A stretch of DNA of 64,000 nt from Treponemataceae bacterium. GTDB taxonomy: Bacteria; Spirochaetota; Spirochaetia; Treponematales; Rectinemataceae. Below the pieces are notes generated by a model. The model worked only from the letters and a program-made list of their open reading frames with translations, made no database searches and was not told the DNA's origin. Where the stretch lies: assembly GCA_963667725.2 (NCBI GenBank), contig CAXXHO010000005.1:512001-576000 (forward strand), written 5' to 3'. The translations under genes and the position numbers were made by a program. Of the stretch, positions 48,332 to 59,631 are shown piece after piece. How positions within the stretch are numbered: position 1 is the first letter of the stretch; each line of letters opens with the position of its first letter.

Positions 48332-50488
48332 TTAAATGTGCTTCCGGACAACCTCCAGCACTTCGGGCAGATCCATGCCTATCTCGGCCAGGTGCTCAGG
48401 CGTGGGCACGCCGTCAGCGGTCCAGCCGCGGCGCTTGTAGACGGCGTCGACGAGGCTTTCGTACCTCGACTCACGGTAGGCGCGCTGGGCGGCGACTTTC
48501 TCCGCGAGGCTCATGGCCGCGGGGTCGACGCCGACTTTTTCGCGCAGCTGCTTGTCGTAGCGTTCGGCGCGGGAGAGGTATTCCTTCTCAGTGACGGGGC
48601 CCATGGCGCGGTAGGGCGGGTAGTCGTCGGCGCGCAGGCCGTGGCCGCAGCGGAGGTTGAAGACGCGCTGGAAGTTGTAGACGCGCTCCGACTGGAGGAT
48701 GAGTTCGGGCCAGGAGAGGGGTTCGCCCGTGATGGCCGTGTAGAGTTCGCGGTAGTTGCCGACGTGCTCGGGCACCTTGTTGGGTTCGTCCCAGCGCGCG
48801 TTGTCGGCGGGTTCGATATCGTTCCAGGGGAGCTTGCAGATGCCTTGGAGGCCGAACCAGGTGCGGAACATGGGGAAGTAATGCAGGGCTTCGGCTTTCT
48901 GCTCGAAGCTGGGGATGCGGTTGTTCACCATGTCCATGAAGATGAGCCAGGCTTCGTCGTGCTGGGGGCCTTTGTTGGTGAGGTAGTAGCCGCCCTGCTG
49001 GGCGAGGGATTCCTTGGAGATGTACTGGCTCTGCTCGAGGCCCTTGCCCTGGAGGGCGATGTCCTTCATGAGCCGGGGGTCGGCGCCGTACTGGCTGGTC
49101 AGGTATTCGGCCATGAAGCGGGAGCCGCGGCCGGCGAGCATGCCGAAGCCTTTGCCCTCGGCCATCTGGTGCATGAGCTCGCAGACGCCGCGCCAGTTGC
49201 CCCATTCGAGGTTGACGCCGCCGGTGCGGGCTTCGTTGAGGATGCCGTATTCCCAGCATTCCATGAGGAAGCTGCTGATGGTGCCGATGCTGATGGTGTC
49301 GATGCCGTAGGTGTCGCAGTAAAAGTTGATTTCGAGGATGCCTTCGGGTTCCCATACGGCGAGGTTGGAGCCGACGCCGGCGGCGGTTTCGTATTCGGGG
49401 CCGTCGACGCAGACTTTCTGGCCGGCGTAGGGGCCGGTCTGGAGCTTGAAGTTGTCCACGGCGTGGGCGCAGGCGAGGGTGCAGCCGTACCAGCAGCCGT
49501 CGGGGAGGCCCTGGGAGAAGAGTTTTTCCCAGACCCAGGAGGCGACTTCGGGGCCGCGGGGATCCTGGCCGTAACGGTGGTTCTGGACGGGCAGGAGGTC
49601 GTAGTCGTTCATCACTTCCATGAGGTGTGCGGTGCCGATCCTGCGCATCTTGCACTGTTTGTCGTCTTCCTTGACGATTTCGCGGTGAAGTTTGAGGCCG
49701 AGGCGCTGGACGGCGGCCGGGTCGGCGGCGCCGTTGGAGTCCTGGGCAAGGGTGGAATAGCGGCAGACGAGGGCTTTGATGCCCTTGTTCCGGAAGACGG
49801 TGCCTATGCCGCCGCGCCCGGCCTGCTTGACGCGGCAGCCGCCGCGGCGCCGGTCGTAGAGGCTGAAGTTGAGGAGGCCGAGGACGGTGTGCTCGGCGCC
49901 GCGGCCCGCCGACACCACGGACACCGAGGCGAGGTCGGCTTCAGCTTCGGAGGCAGCGAATGCGTGGGTGAGCTTGTCGGCCAGGATGTGGGTGTCGGAT
50001 TCGAGGCCTTCGGGGGATTCGAAGATTTCCACCGTGCCCGCGTCGCCGTTGAAAAAGACGATGAGGTCGCGATCGGATTTGCCGGTGAGCTCGAGGGCGT
50101 CGAAGCCCGAAAACTTGAGGAAGGGGCCGAAATAGCCGCCGACGTTGGAGTCGATGGGGACGCCCGTCATGGGCGACAGGCTGACGACGAGGCTCTTGCC
50201 CGATCCGGGGTAGTTGGTGTTACCGCAGACGGGGCCCATGGCGATGACGATTTCGTTCTCGGGATCGTCCCACTTGGTCGAGGGTTTTGTGCCGTCCCAG
50301 AGTAGCTTAAGGCCAAAGCCCTTCCCGCCCACGAATTTCTTCTTCATTTCGGCGCTGACAGGTTTTTCGGCGAAACCCAAGGCACCAACATCGATGGAAA
50401 GGGTGCGCATATTGTAGCCGCGCGACAGGGGTTTTTTCTCGTAGCGCCATTCGGCGATCTTATGGAGAGAATTCATGGTAAGGTTCAT
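48332..50488 (-). CDS. aor: Aldehyde:ferredoxin oxidoreductase (W/Mo-pterin AOR family)
   Basis: DSNVGG, QAGRGGIG, GPEYET, CDTYGIDTIS, YKRRGW..DGVP; start at 50488 overlaps the ferredoxin stop. Confidence 0.9.
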   Translation of the reverse strand: MNLTMNSLHKIAEWRYEKKPLSRGYNMRTLSIDVGALGFAEKPVSAEMKKKFVGGKGFGLKLLWDGTKPSTKWDDPENEIVIAMGPVCGNTNYPGSGKSLVVSLSPMTGVPIDSNVGGYFGPFLKFSGFDALELTGKSDRDLIVFFNGDAGTVEIFESPEGLESDTHILADKLTHAFAASEAEADLASVSVVSAGRGAEHTVLGLLNFSLYDRRRGGCRVKQAGRGGIGTVFRNKGIKALVCRYSTLAQDSNGAADPAAVQRLGLKLHREIVKEDDKQCKMRRIGTAHLMEVMNDYDLLPVQNHRYGQDPRGPEVASWVWEKLFSQGLPDGCWYGCTLACAHAVDNFKLQTGPYAGQKVCVDGPEYETAAGVGSNLAVWEPEGILEINFYCDTYGIDTISIGTISSFLMECWEYGILNEARTGGVNLEWGNWRGVCELMHQMAEGKGFGMLAGRGSRFMAEYLTSQYGADPRLMKDIALQGKGLEQSQYISKESLAQQGGYYLTNKGPQHDEAWLIFMDMVNNRIPSFEQKAEALHYFPMFRTWFGLQGICKLPWNDIEPADNARWDEPNKVPEHVGNYRELYTAITGEPLSWPELILQSERVYNFQRVFNLRCGHGLRADDYPPYRAMGPVTEKEYLSRAERYDKQLREKVGVDPAAMSLAEKVAAQRAYRESRYESLVDAVYKRRGWTADGVPTPEHLAEIGMDLPEVLEVVRKHI

Positions 50489-50889
50489 TCGGCGCCCTCC
50501 TTCGTCATTATTTCGAGAGCTCCCTTGGGGCAGGCTTTGGCGCAGGCGCCGCAGGATATGCATTTGAAGGGCATGGGGTTGCCGGGGAACCAGCGCATCG
50601 CGCCGATGGGGCATACGGCCACGCAGGCCAGGCAGCCGACGCATTTCTTGCTGTCGATAACGATAGCGCCTGCCTTGTTGCGCGAGATGGCCCGCGTCGG
50701 GCATTCGCGGACGCAGGCCATGCATTCCTGGTCGCAGACGACGAGGTGATAGGCCATCGCCGGCATCTCGTTCACTTGGATGCGGGATTTGGCGGGGTTG
50801 TCTTCCTTGAAATAGAGTTTCGAGCAGACCGACGCGCAGGTCATGCAGCCGACGCATTTTTTGTCGTTGGTGGCCAGATATTTGATCAC
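50485..50889 (-). CDS. 4Fe-4S dicluster/polyferredoxin subunit
   Basis: Four CxxCxxC...CP-type motifs. Confidence 0.93.
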   Translation of the reverse strand: MIKYLATNDKKCVGCMTCASVCSKLYFKEDNPAKSRIQVNEMPAMAYHLVVCDQECMACVRECPTRAISRNKAGAIVIDSKKCVGCLACVAVCPIGAMRWFPGNPMPFKCISCGACAKACPKGALEIMTKEGAE

Positions 50890-51061
50890 GGTGGCAGGTC
50901 CTCCTTGCTTTACGGAACAAGCTCGCCATCAGGTCATTTTTGGTAGAGGACGTTATTATAGTATGGTTTTGGCGCGGAGGCAATGAGAAAGAGCAATGTG
51001 GTATATCAGATTCAGATGGAAGACGACGGCTTCGCGCATCCACCGGCGGCGGCGAACAAGC

Positions 51062-51796
51062 TTACAGAATATGTTCCAGAAACCTACGGGTGCGCTCTTC
51101 GCGCGGAGAGGTGAAGAAGGTCTCGGGCGGAGCCTCTTCCACGATCTGCCCCGCGTCCATGAAGATGATGCGGTGGGCGGCCGCCCTGGCGAAGCCCATC
51201 TCGTGCGAGACGACGAGCATGGTCATCCCCTCTTTGGCGAGGTCGGTCATGACGTCCAGCACTTCCTTGATCATTTCGGGATCGAGGGCGCTCGTCGGTT
51301 CGTCGAAGAGCATGACTTTGGGATTCATGGCGAGGGCGCGCGCGATGGCGACGCGCTGCTGCTGGCCGCCCGAGAGCTGTTCGGGCCAGGCTTTTTCCTT
51401 GTCTGAGAGGCCGACCTTGGCGAGAAGCTTGCGCGCCAGGACTGCCGCTTCTTCCTTACCCTGCTTGAGGACGATGATGGGCGACAGCGTGATGTTGTCG
51501 ATGACGCTCAGGTGAGGGAAGAGGTTGAAGCTCTGGAACACCATACCCACTTCCTCGCGGATGTGGCGGATATCGGCTTTTTCGTCCGTGACGCTTTCGC
51601 CGTCTATGGAAATGGAACCGGAGTCGAGGCGCTCGAGGCGGTTGACTGAACGCAGAAGCGTGCTCTTGCCCGAACCCGAGGGGCCGATGATGAGGACAAC
51701 CTCGCCTTTCTTGACGCTGAGGTCGACGCCCCTGAGGGCCTGGACTGTACCGCCGAAAGTTTTGACGGCGTTCTTTATCTCAATGTACGTTTCCAT
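51062..51796 (-). CDS. Polar amino acid ABC transporter ATP-binding protein
   Basis: [27 protein letters not shown]. Confidence 0.95.
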   Translation of the reverse strand: METYIEIKNAVKTFGGTVQALRGVDLSVKKGEVVLIIGPSGSGKSTLLRSVNRLERLDSGSISIDGESVTDEKADIRHIREEVGMVFQSFNLFPHLSVIDNITLSPIIVLKQGKEEAAVLARKLLAKVGLSDKEKAWPEQLSGGQQQRVAIARALAMNPKVMLFDEPTSALDPEMIKEVLDVMTDLAKEGMTMLVVSHEMGFARAAAHRIIFMDAGQIVEEAPPETFFTSPREERTRRFLEHIL

Positions 51797-52604
51797 TATG
51801 TCTCAGCCTTTCTTCCATGATCGCGACGAGGCGCGAGAAAAAGAGGGTCATCACCAGATAGATGAGCGCGATGACCGTGTAACTCTCGAAATACCTGAAT
51901 GACGTGGACGCGTATTCGCGGCCGCGGCGCAGGAGGTCGGAGACGGCCAGTATCGAGACGAGGGAGGAGTCCTTGAGGAGGGCGATGAACTCGTTTCCGA
52001 TGGGCGGCAAAATCACCCTTATGGTCTGGGGGATAATGACTCTCCGCATGGCGGCCGAGCGGGAAAGTCCGAGGGCGAGCGCGGCTTCCATCTGCCCCTT
52101 CGGTATGGCCTGAATGCCGGCGCGGAAAATTTCCGCCATATACGCCCCGTAGCAGATGGACATGGCCAGAATGGCGGCGGGCGGTCCCTGGAGTTTCAGG
52201 ATGGGGCCGAGGGCGTAATATATATAGAAGAGTTGGACGAGAAGCGGTATTCCGCGGATGATTTCCACGTAGATGGTCGAGATGAGGTTGATGGTTTTAT
52301 TCTGGGAAATACGCCCGAGGCCGGCAAAGAGCCCTATGATGAGGGCAAAGAAGATGGAGATGATCGTGACGGCGAAGGTGGCCATCAGTCCGTCGGGCAC
52401 GAAGGACAGGATTCGGAGGTAGGGATCGGGGCTGACGAAAGGTAAGAGGATGAGGAGCCCCACCGCGCCGAAAAACGAGATATTCCAGGCGGAAATGACA
52501 TGACCCTCATTCCTGAGGGGAATGAGGGTGCCATCGGTTACGTTGATGGTTGTCCGGTCGGAGTCTTTTTGGCTCCGGCCGGAAAACGGAGAACCCTTCG
52601 TCAT
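51780..52604 (-). CDS. Polar amino acid ABC transporter permease
   Basis: [22 protein letters not shown]. Confidence 0.95.
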   Translation of the reverse strand: MTKGSPFSGRSQKDSDRTTINVTDGTLIPLRNEGHVISAWNISFFGAVGLLILLPFVSPDPYLRILSFVPDGLMATFAVTIISIFFALIIGLFAGLGRISQNKTINLISTIYVEIIRGIPLLVQLFYIYYALGPILKLQGPPAAILAMSICYGAYMAEIFRAGIQAIPKGQMEAALALGLSRSAAMRRVIIPQTIRVILPPIGNEFIALLKDSSLVSILAVSDLLRRGREYASTSFRYFESYTVIALIYLVMTLFFSRLVAIMEERLRHNGNVH

Positions 52605-52605
52605 G

Positions 52606-53370
52606 CTATTTGAGCCATTTCGCCGTCAGCTCGTCGAGCTTGCCCGATGACTTGACCTTGGCGAGTCCGTCGTTGAAGAGCTTGAGGGTTTTCTCGTCGC
52701 CTTTCTTGAAGGCGAAGCCGAGCCACTCATCGGTGAAGGGAACGCCTACGATCATGAGCTTGTCTTTGTAGGTGGGATTCTGGAGGGCGAAGTTGGCGGC
52801 GATGGGGGAGTCGGCGACGACGCCATCGATGTTGCCGTTCGCGAGATCCTGGTAGGCGAGTCCGACTTCGTCGTAGGTCTTGAGTTCGACGCCGGCGGCC
52901 TTGCCGATTTCCATGACGCCGGTGGTGCCGATCTGTCCGCCCACTTTCTTGCCCACGAGGTCGGCAAGGGTGGTGACGCCGGTGGTTTCCTTGCGCACGA
53001 CGAGGACCTGGCCCGCGTTGACGTAGGGCTCGGAGAAGTCCATGGTGGCCTTGCGTTCGTCGGTGATGGTAACGGAGGAGGCGATGGCCTGATAGTTGCC
53101 CGCGGCGAGTCCGGCGAAGATGCCGTCCCAGGCGGTGTTCTTGATTTCGACTTCGAATCCGCCGGCCTTGGCGACTTCGTTGACGAGGTCGATATCGAAA
53201 CCGACAACGTTTTTATTCTCGTCGACAAATTCCATGGGAGGCCATGTGGCATCGGAGGCGACGACGATTTTCGTGGTTTTCTTGGCACAGGAGGAGAGAC
53301 CTGCCGAGCCTATGGCGACTACGGAGGCGAGAAGGATGAAGGCGATGAGTTTTGACCAGGATTTCTTCAT
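52606..53370 (-). CDS. Amino acid ABC transporter substrate-binding lipoprotein
   Basis: LSSC lipobox, DATWPPME, GFDIDL. Confidence 0.93.
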   Translation of the reverse strand: MKKSWSKLIAFILLASVVAIGSAGLSSCAKKTTKIVVASDATWPPMEFVDENKNVVGFDIDLVNEVAKAGGFEVEIKNTAWDGIFAGLAAGNYQAIASSVTITDERKATMDFSEPYVNAGQVLVVRKETTGVTTLADLVGKKVGGQIGTTGVMEIGKAAGVELKTYDEVGLAYQDLANGNIDGVVADSPIAANFALQNPTYKDKLMIVGVPFTDEWLGFAFKKGDEKTLKLFNDGLAKVKSSGKLDELTAKWLK

Positions 53371-53600
53371 TACGGCGCTCCTTGGTATCGTTCCGCTTGA
53401 TTCTGCACATGCGGAAGATTTCCTGGGAGAATACGGTAAATGGCATATAGTGTCAATAATCCTGCATAAATTCTTGCAATAAAATGCATAGACTAAGTAT
53501 ATTTATACATATATTCGTTCTGATCGCCGCTACCCTTCCCTCTTCTTATCATTAGGTTGTCCCGCTTGCGGCGTCCAAGCCGCGCTGATACCATCGAATC

Positions 53601-53804
53601 ATGAAAGTCACGATCAATCTTGAAGACCACGAATTCCCCGAAAAGGAACTCAGCGTCTCCGAGATCATGAAACGGATGAAGTACACCTTCCCCCATATCA
53701 TAACCAGGTTGAACGGGCATCTGGTGGATCGGGAAAACCGCGAAGCCACCTTGGCGTCGAACGGCGATGATCTGGAAATCTACCATCTCATAAGCGGAGG
53801 CTGA
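53601..53804 (+). CDS. ThiS/MoaD family sulfur carrier
   Basis: 67 aa ending in GG. Confidence 0.88.
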   Translation: MKVTINLEDHEFPEKELSVSEIMKRMKYTFPHIITRLNGHLVDRENREATLASNGDDLEIYHLISGG

Positions 53805-53910
53805 ACGGAAGCGCTTGATGAATCCATTCGCCGAGTTACGCGATCCCGATGGGAAAATTTAAAAGCCGTGCTATAATCGTAAAGAAATCTATATAAAAGG
53901 ATGCTTAGCG

Positions 53911-55686
53911 ATGAAAAAAGCCCTGCTTCTGTTGTTCGCGATTTGCCTTCTGGCCGGCTCGGTTTCGGCCGCCGACGGCGCGAAAAATCTTCAGAAAATC
54001 TACGCGGTGGACTCGGATGTCTACAAAGCCCTCACCTATCTGTATCTGGATCAAGGGTATTCACTCCCATCCACGACAGGTCCCTGGAGCGCCGACGAAC
54101 TCCTGAAAATGCTCGACAAGATCAATCCCGCCGCGCTTAAAAGCGGAGCGGTGACCACCTATGACTTCGTCCTGGGCGAACTGGACCAGAAGCGGAAGGC
54201 GGTCAAGTTCGGGCTGACAACATCGGCGGAGGCCTATTATCATACCAATACAGACTTCAACGACGAGAGTGATTGGATCAGGGGCTTTGACGAACGCAAT
54301 CCCGTCCTTGATATTGTCCTCGAGACCTGGCCATCGGAGCACTTCTACGGGTACAGCTCCCTTTCCGTGGGAAACAGCCGCTACAACAGCTGGAGCACGA
54401 CCGAAGGCGCGGTTTCGACTCTTTGGGGCGCGAGCGCCTTGACCACGAACATACCATTGGTCGCTCCCGCTGTCCTGACCGATCTCGACTTCAATATTCC
54501 CTACAGGGCTTTCGGCTCGATCGGCGGAGATGGATGGAGCGTTCAGGTCGGCCGCGACAAGATGTCCTGGGGTCCGGGAGAAACAGGCAACTTCGTGATG
54601 AGCGACAATTTGCTGTATCAAAACATGGGGAAGCTGACGACCTACGGCAAGAATTTCAAGTATACCTTCGCCACTTCCTTCTTCCCCTACCCTGAAGAAT
54701 ACTATCCAGTCATAGATGACACGACCGGGGCTTTCATCAACAACGGAAGCCAGGCCACCCTGGCTTCGGGACTCAACATGTTCATCGGCCATCGTCTCGA
54801 AGGAAGGCTCTTCAATAACAAGGTTGGCCTTGTCGTCACGGAAGCGATTATGTACCAGTCGGCCGACAATACGCTCGACCTGCGCGTCCTGAGCCCCACG
54901 GCCATATTTCACAACTACTACATCAGGAACAACGCGAACTCCATCATCTCCTTCGAGCTCGACTACACTCCCTTCCGCTTTGTGAACCTTTACGGCCAGG
55001 CGGTTGTCGATGAGTTCGCCCTTCCCGGCGAACCCGTGCCCGGCGTGGACAACGATGCCCTCCCCAACGGCTACGGCTTCATGGCAGGAGCCAAAGGCTC
55101 CTATCCGCTCGGCAAGGGCATGCTCTTCGGTTCGGCGGAGTGGGCGAAGACCGACCCCTACCTCTACCTTCGCGACATCGGTACCTGGGCCCATTCCCAA
55201 GACCAGGGTAAATACGGCATCAACTGGGTCGTCGCCCTCCGCGAGTTTTCCCAAGGCACGACGAGCTATACCGAGGATTTCCTCGGCTACCAGTACGGCG
55301 GCGACGCTATCGTCTACAACGCCAACATGGGCTACAAACAGTTCGGGAAATGGTCGTTCGAGGGGAACGTTTTCTTCATGATCCACGGCACCCACGACAA
55401 GTGGACCACATGGAGCGAAGTGGGCGCGGGCACGGGAGATGTACCGAACGTTGAGACGCCGACCACTACCCACTACACCGCCAACAACGGCGACCTGAAC
55501 GCTAACCTGCGCGACAGCACCAGCCAAACCTTGGTGGTAGGCGTGCGCGGCGGATATACGATAGTAAAGGGTCTCGATGCCTATGCCCAGGCTGATTACA
55601 TCTACATCAAGAACCCGGGCAATCTCAGCAGCGCCGCGCCTATCAGCGACATCCAGCTGACAGTGGGCTGCTCCTACTCGTTCTGA
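53911..55686 (+). CDS. Exported outer-membrane protein, Wzi-like
   Basis: Signal peptide, GRDKMSWGPG, HRLE, LYGQAVVDE, terminal YSF. Confidence 0.65.
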   Translation: MKKALLLLFAICLLAGSVSAADGAKNLQKIYAVDSDVYKALTYLYLDQGYSLPSTTGPWSADELLKMLDKINPAALKSGAVTTYDFVLGELDQKRKAVKFGLTTSAEAYYHTNTDFNDESDWIRGFDERNPVLDIVLETWPSEHFYGYSSLSVGNSRYNSWSTTEGAVSTLWGASALTTNIPLVAPAVLTDLDFNIPYRAFGSIGGDGWSVQVGRDKMSWGPGETGNFVMSDNLLYQNMGKLTTYGKNFKYTFATSFFPYPEEYYPVIDDTTGAFINNGSQATLASGLNMFIGHRLEGRLFNNKVGLVVTEAIMYQSADNTLDLRVLSPTAIFHNYYIRNNANSIISFELDYTPFRFVNLYGQAVVDEFALPGEPVPGVDNDALPNGYGFMAGAKGSYPLGKGMLFGSAEWAKTDPYLYLRDIGTWAHSQDQGKYGINWVVALREFSQGTTSYTEDFLGYQYGGDAIVYNANMGYKQFGKWSFEGNVFFMIHGTHDKWTTWSEVGAGTGDVPNVETPTTTHYTANNGDLNANLRDSTSQTLVVGVRGGYTIVKGLDAYAQADYIYIKNPGNLSSAAPISDIQLTVGCSYSF

Positions 55687-55740
55687 AGCAAGGCTTCACG
55701 CCTCCATGAAGGGGCTGCGAGTAAGTTGAACACAGTATAG

Positions 55741-55769
55741 AAAAAGGGCTGTCCTCGGACAGCCCTTTT
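55741..55769. terminator. Bidirectional intrinsic terminator
   Basis: aaaagggctgtcc-tc-ggacagccctttt between convergent genes. Confidence 0.85.
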
Positions 55770-55795
55770 CATTTCTATCGAACCCCAGGCTTCCG

Positions 55796-57217
55796 TCAGG
55801 GAGCGGAGCCCGTGGCGAAGCGGCGCGCAAATCCCAGGGTGAGGGAGAGGATGGCCGCGTCGGCTCCGCGCTTGGAGAATCCGGCGTTCACCGTGCCCAG
55901 GGAGTTGTGTCCGAGGATGATCTCCGCGCCAAGCGAAACGTCATAGCCCATGGTGATGGGAGTCTGCGGACCCAACCAATTCTCTGAATATGGCGACGCG
56001 TAGGTCGTTTCCCCGGACTCCGCGCCCAGAAAAGCCACCCTGACTTCACCGGCAAGCGACAGGCCGGGAAGCGTATAGCTCAGATTGCCTCTGACCAGGA
56101 TCCTGTCCGGCCCCAGCGGGTAGGAAAACCACGAGGGGATCGTGTTCCAGCTCGAATCGGTCTGCATGAAATAGCGCGTGGAATATGCTTGCCCTGGGTT
56201 AGTTCCGTTTCGACGATAGAGGTAGGTGGACGCCCAATACCCGTCCAGCGTCGCCACGAGGCCGCCTTCCAGGGCCTTGCCGTCCAGGGCGAGGCTATAA
56301 TCCTCGTGAAAATAGCGGGGGCGAATTATTACGGCGCTATCCAGAATCCGCCATTGGGCTCCGGCGGAAAATCCGAAGGCGCTGGGATTGGAGCCCGAGC
56401 CCTCGGCGCCGAGCTGGAAATCATCCATGAGAATTTCCGCGTATATCCTCAAGGGCGAAACAGGTCTCCATTCGCCGTCCAGATGGAACATGACGTTCGA
56501 ACCATCGGCGAAGAGATGGTGATAGATGAGGAAAGGGGCGAGATCCTGAAGATCGAGATCGACGCCGGTGACGAGATTGTATTCGGCAAAGCCGAAGGAG
56601 AGGGTAGGGAAATCGATGCCGAGCCGATGAAAGAAGAGGCTTTTAGCGTCATCGGCGGCTCCGGACGTGCGGGCCACGCTGATCGCGAGAAAGTCGTAGC
56701 CCAGGGAGCCTTTGCCGAACGGAGCCGACAGTCCCGCCAGAATATGATCGTAGCGGGGATTGCCGCCCGACACGGAAAGCGAACCGACGCCGCGCCCGAT
56801 ATTGATGGCGCGCCGGCCGAGCGAAAGCCGCCACCAGTCGCCGGAACCCTCGACGAAGCCGACGTTGGGATAGTTGTTGGAAAACATAAAAGTCGAGGCA
56901 TCTCGCGATAAGGGCAGATTCGTCAGCTCCCCGCCGCGAAGCATCTCGCCCATATCCTGCTGCAGTTCAACAACCATAGCCGCGCCGAACGGCCCCGCGG
57001 AGAGGGAGAATCCTCCCGAAAGAAAGGCAGGCCTGGCCATATAGGCGCTGAGATCGTCGATGGTGGGAACGTAGCTGTCGGATTCGGCGGGCCGCCCCGA
57101 AAAGTACAGAATGGGCGCTATATCGGCCCAGAATCCGGTTCCGAACGCTGTATTCTGGGCCGCCAGAGGCGCGGCGGCCGCGATGACAATCAGGACAAAT
57201 AGCGTAAATCGCTTCAA
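55796..57217 (-). CDS. Exported outer-membrane protein, Wzi-like paralog
   Basis: Signal peptide, LGRR, FHRL, IYAEILMDD, YPLGPD. Confidence 0.6.
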   Translation of the reverse strand: MKRFTLFVLIVIAAAAPLAAQNTAFGTGFWADIAPILYFSGRPAESDSYVPTIDDLSAYMARPAFLSGGFSLSAGPFGAAMVVELQQDMGEMLRGGELTNLPLSRDASTFMFSNNYPNVGFVEGSGDWWRLSLGRRAINIGRGVGSLSVSGGNPRYDHILAGLSAPFGKGSLGYDFLAISVARTSGAADDAKSLFFHRLGIDFPTLSFGFAEYNLVTGVDLDLQDLAPFLIYHHLFADGSNVMFHLDGEWRPVSPLRIYAEILMDDFQLGAEGSGSNPSAFGFSAGAQWRILDSAVIIRPRYFHEDYSLALDGKALEGGLVATLDGYWASTYLYRRNGTNPGQAYSTRYFMQTDSSWNTIPSWFSYPLGPDRILVRGNLSYTLPGLSLAGEVRVAFLGAESGETTYASPYSENWLGPQTPITMGYDVSLGAEIILGHNSLGTVNAGFSKRGADAAILSLTLGFARRFATGSAP

Positions 57218-57230
57218 TTAAATTTTCCGA

Positions 57231-57743
57231 TCATCGTTTCGCCATGGAGTCGTGGAAATCTATGTCCTTGGCGTCCCAAGGGTAGACAATCCAGACATCG
57301 CCGAGTTCCTCCCCTACGATATAGTGGGAAACCTGCTCGGGGATGGTTCCGCGTTTGGGCTTGTTTTTGTTGTGCAGCACCGACACGGCGATTTCGGCCG
57401 GATGATGGCTCAAGAGTTCCTTGATGCAATACTCAAGGGTGGTGCGCGAATCATCCACCTCGTCGATGAGAAGAATCTTCTTGCCCCTGAGCTTGCGTTC
57501 GGCTTCTTCGATCCACTGGACTTTACGCGGGAACTCCGTGGGTTTATCGTTGGCGTCGTAGTAGGCGATGCCGACGGCCAGGATGGGTGCGCCCAAAAAG
57601 GTTCTGATGATCCTGGCGGGGATGAAGCCGCCGGTTCCGATGGCTACGATGACGTCGGGGGAAAAGCCGGCCGCGGTGATCCGTTCGGCCATGCTTTTCG
57701 CCGTTCTATGGATTTCCTGATAACTGAAGTAACGCTTTTCCAT
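57231..57743 (-). CDS. Type I phosphoribosyltransferase (xanthine/hypoxanthine PRT-like)
   Basis: ILLIDEVDDSRTTL, WIVYPW. Confidence 0.9.
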   Translation of the reverse strand: MEKRYFSYQEIHRTAKSMAERITAAGFSPDVIVAIGTGGFIPARIIRTFLGAPILAVGIAYYDANDKPTEFPRKVQWIEEAERKLRGKKILLIDEVDDSRTTLEYCIKELLSHHPAEIAVSVLHNKNKPKRGTIPEQVSHYIVGEELGDVWIVYPWDAKDIDFHDSMAKR

Positions 57744-57857
57744 GGAAAGATTGTAAGGCAAGTCGTCATCTTGGGCAATGGTGGGGCTCGCCCTTTCCTT
57801 TTCGGATTTCCCGGCTTTTTGGAGAGATCTGCTTTAGAATGTAAATCGAGGACGACG

Positions 57858-59612
57858 ATGATCAGATACATACTTTCAATCGTTATGGCTTTCGGGTTCG
57901 CGCTCTTCGCCTTCGCCCTTCCGGGACAGGGAATCCAGGGACAGATAAACAGGCCCGTTTCGCAGGAGATGATTCCGCTCTCATCGTCCATCTACATGGA
58001 CATGGACGCTCTCTATCTGGCGACCGGGAATGGAACCCCTTCCAACGCCCGCCCCTGGAGCAAGACGGAAGCCAACCTGATTCTTTCCCGTCTGGACAGG
58101 GCCAGCCTAAATCGTACAGGACTCGTCTTGTACGATTCCATCGCGGCCGCGATCGCGCCTGGCCTGAAATTCGCTTTCAGGGACGGCTTCGGGTTCGGCG
58201 CCTCGCTGACGGCCAGTTTCGAGGCTTACTCGCACAGCAACGCCGACTACGACCTGGAGTCGGACTGGATCTACGGCTTCGAGCGGCGCGCGCCCATGGC
58301 GAAGCTGTCGCTGGACTTTTCGGTCAAGGATTTCTTCTATGCCTACTGCGACATGCAGTACGGACGCAACCGCTTCAACATAGCGGACGACCTGTTCGTG
58401 GCCACCACGCGCTACGGCGCCGGAATCGGCGCCATCATCGACCCCACGGACACGAACGCGATCCTGGGCGCCCACTCGTCCATCTTCAGCCAACCTTTCC
58501 TCACCAACATCCTCGAACACAGCATCGATTTTGACTTCCAGTGGCCCAAAAGGGCGGTGTCGGCCATCGGCGGGGCGAACTGGAACATCTCCCTCTCCCG
58601 CGACAAGCTGAGCTGGGGAAACGGCCACTCAGGCAATTTCGTCGTGGACGACCACGTCGACTATCAGGAATTCGCCAGGCTCGTCGCCTTCACCGATGCC
58701 TTCAAATACGATTTCCTCAACATTTTCCTCGACACGAACACTTCTCCCGGCGAAAATCCCGACAGCGAATTCAAGCTGCTCATGGCGCATCGGCTGGAAT
58801 TCAGGATCCTCAAGGGGCTGACCTTCGCGATCTCCGAAAACGTGATGTACCAGAACACGGTCTTCGATTTGAGATATCTCAATCCGGCCTTCATCTACCA
58901 CAACTTGAACAACAGCGGCATCTTCAACGCGATCGCGCACGCTGAGCTCGATTACAGCTTCGCGAAAGGCTTCAACCTCTACGCGCAGTTCGTGATGGAT
59001 CAGGCCATGGCCCCGAACGAGGGAACGGCCCAGGCCGACGCCAAGGGCTATATGGGCGGCATCGAATACGCTTCCTTGGCCGGACCCGGCATCTTCACCT
59101 CGTCCCTGGAGTTCGTGTCGACCGACCCCCTGCTCTATCGCCGCGAAAAGGTGGACTTCCTTATGTTCCGAAAATACTTCACCAACGGCAACCCCGGCGG
59201 CCCAGGCTATGTCCTCAGCCTCGACTATATCGGCTACCAGTATGGCGGAGACGCCCAGGTGCTGCAGTGGGATGCCGCCTACCGCCTTCCCGACAAAGGG
59301 ACCATAGGTCTGCGGCTGTTCGGGATGCGCCACGGCGAGATGAATTTTTTCAAGTCGCACAACTCCGGCGGCAACAATGCCGGCTATGCCGACTACGCGG
59401 GAATCACTCCCTCGGGCGATCTGATCGCCGAAACTATCGCCGCGAGTCTCATGGGGGAATTCCGGGCGCCCACGCCGCTGTCATGGGTCGAAGCCAAGCT
59501 ATGGGCCGAACTGGACTGGATCCACCGGAGAACCTGGACGAAATCGACCGACAGCCGCACGGCCTGGAGTTCCGATCTGCAGCTGAGCGCCGGCTGCTCA
59601 CTGACGCTCTAG
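57858..59612 (+). CDS. Exported outer-membrane protein, Wzi-like paralog
   Basis: Start MIRYILS; SRDKLSWGNG, AHRLE, LYAQFVMD, GYQYGGDA shared with 53911-55686. Confidence 0.65.
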   Translation: MIRYILSIVMAFGFALFAFALPGQGIQGQINRPVSQEMIPLSSSIYMDMDALYLATGNGTPSNARPWSKTEANLILSRLDRASLNRTGLVLYDSIAAAIAPGLKFAFRDGFGFGASLTASFEAYSHSNADYDLESDWIYGFERRAPMAKLSLDFSVKDFFYAYCDMQYGRNRFNIADDLFVATTRYGAGIGAIIDPTDTNAILGAHSSIFSQPFLTNILEHSIDFDFQWPKRAVSAIGGANWNISLSRDKLSWGNGHSGNFVVDDHVDYQEFARLVAFTDAFKYDFLNIFLDTNTSPGENPDSEFKLLMAHRLEFRILKGLTFAISENVMYQNTVFDLRYLNPAFIYHNLNNSGIFNAIAHAELDYSFAKGFNLYAQFVMDQAMAPNEGTAQADAKGYMGGIEYASLAGPGIFTSSLEFVSTDPLLYRREKVDFLMFRKYFTNGNPGGPGYVLSLDYIGYQYGGDAQVLQWDAAYRLPDKGTIGLRLFGMRHGEMNFFKSHNSGGNNAGYADYAGITPSGDLIAETIAASLMGEFRAPTPLSWVEAKLWAELDWIHRRTWTKSTDSRTAWSSDLQLSAGCSLTL

Positions 59613-59631
59613 GCGGCCGCGCTGACGCCGC

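Noticed and set aside
48332..51043. 903-aa AOR fusion
   Set aside because: The extra N-terminal 185 codons overlap the ferredoxin gene in another frame; the real start is 50488 with an RBS and ATGA coupling.
57252..57857. N-terminal 200 aa of the 786-aa ORF
   Set aside because: Antisense to the phosphoribosyltransferase gene; the signal peptide begins at 57858.
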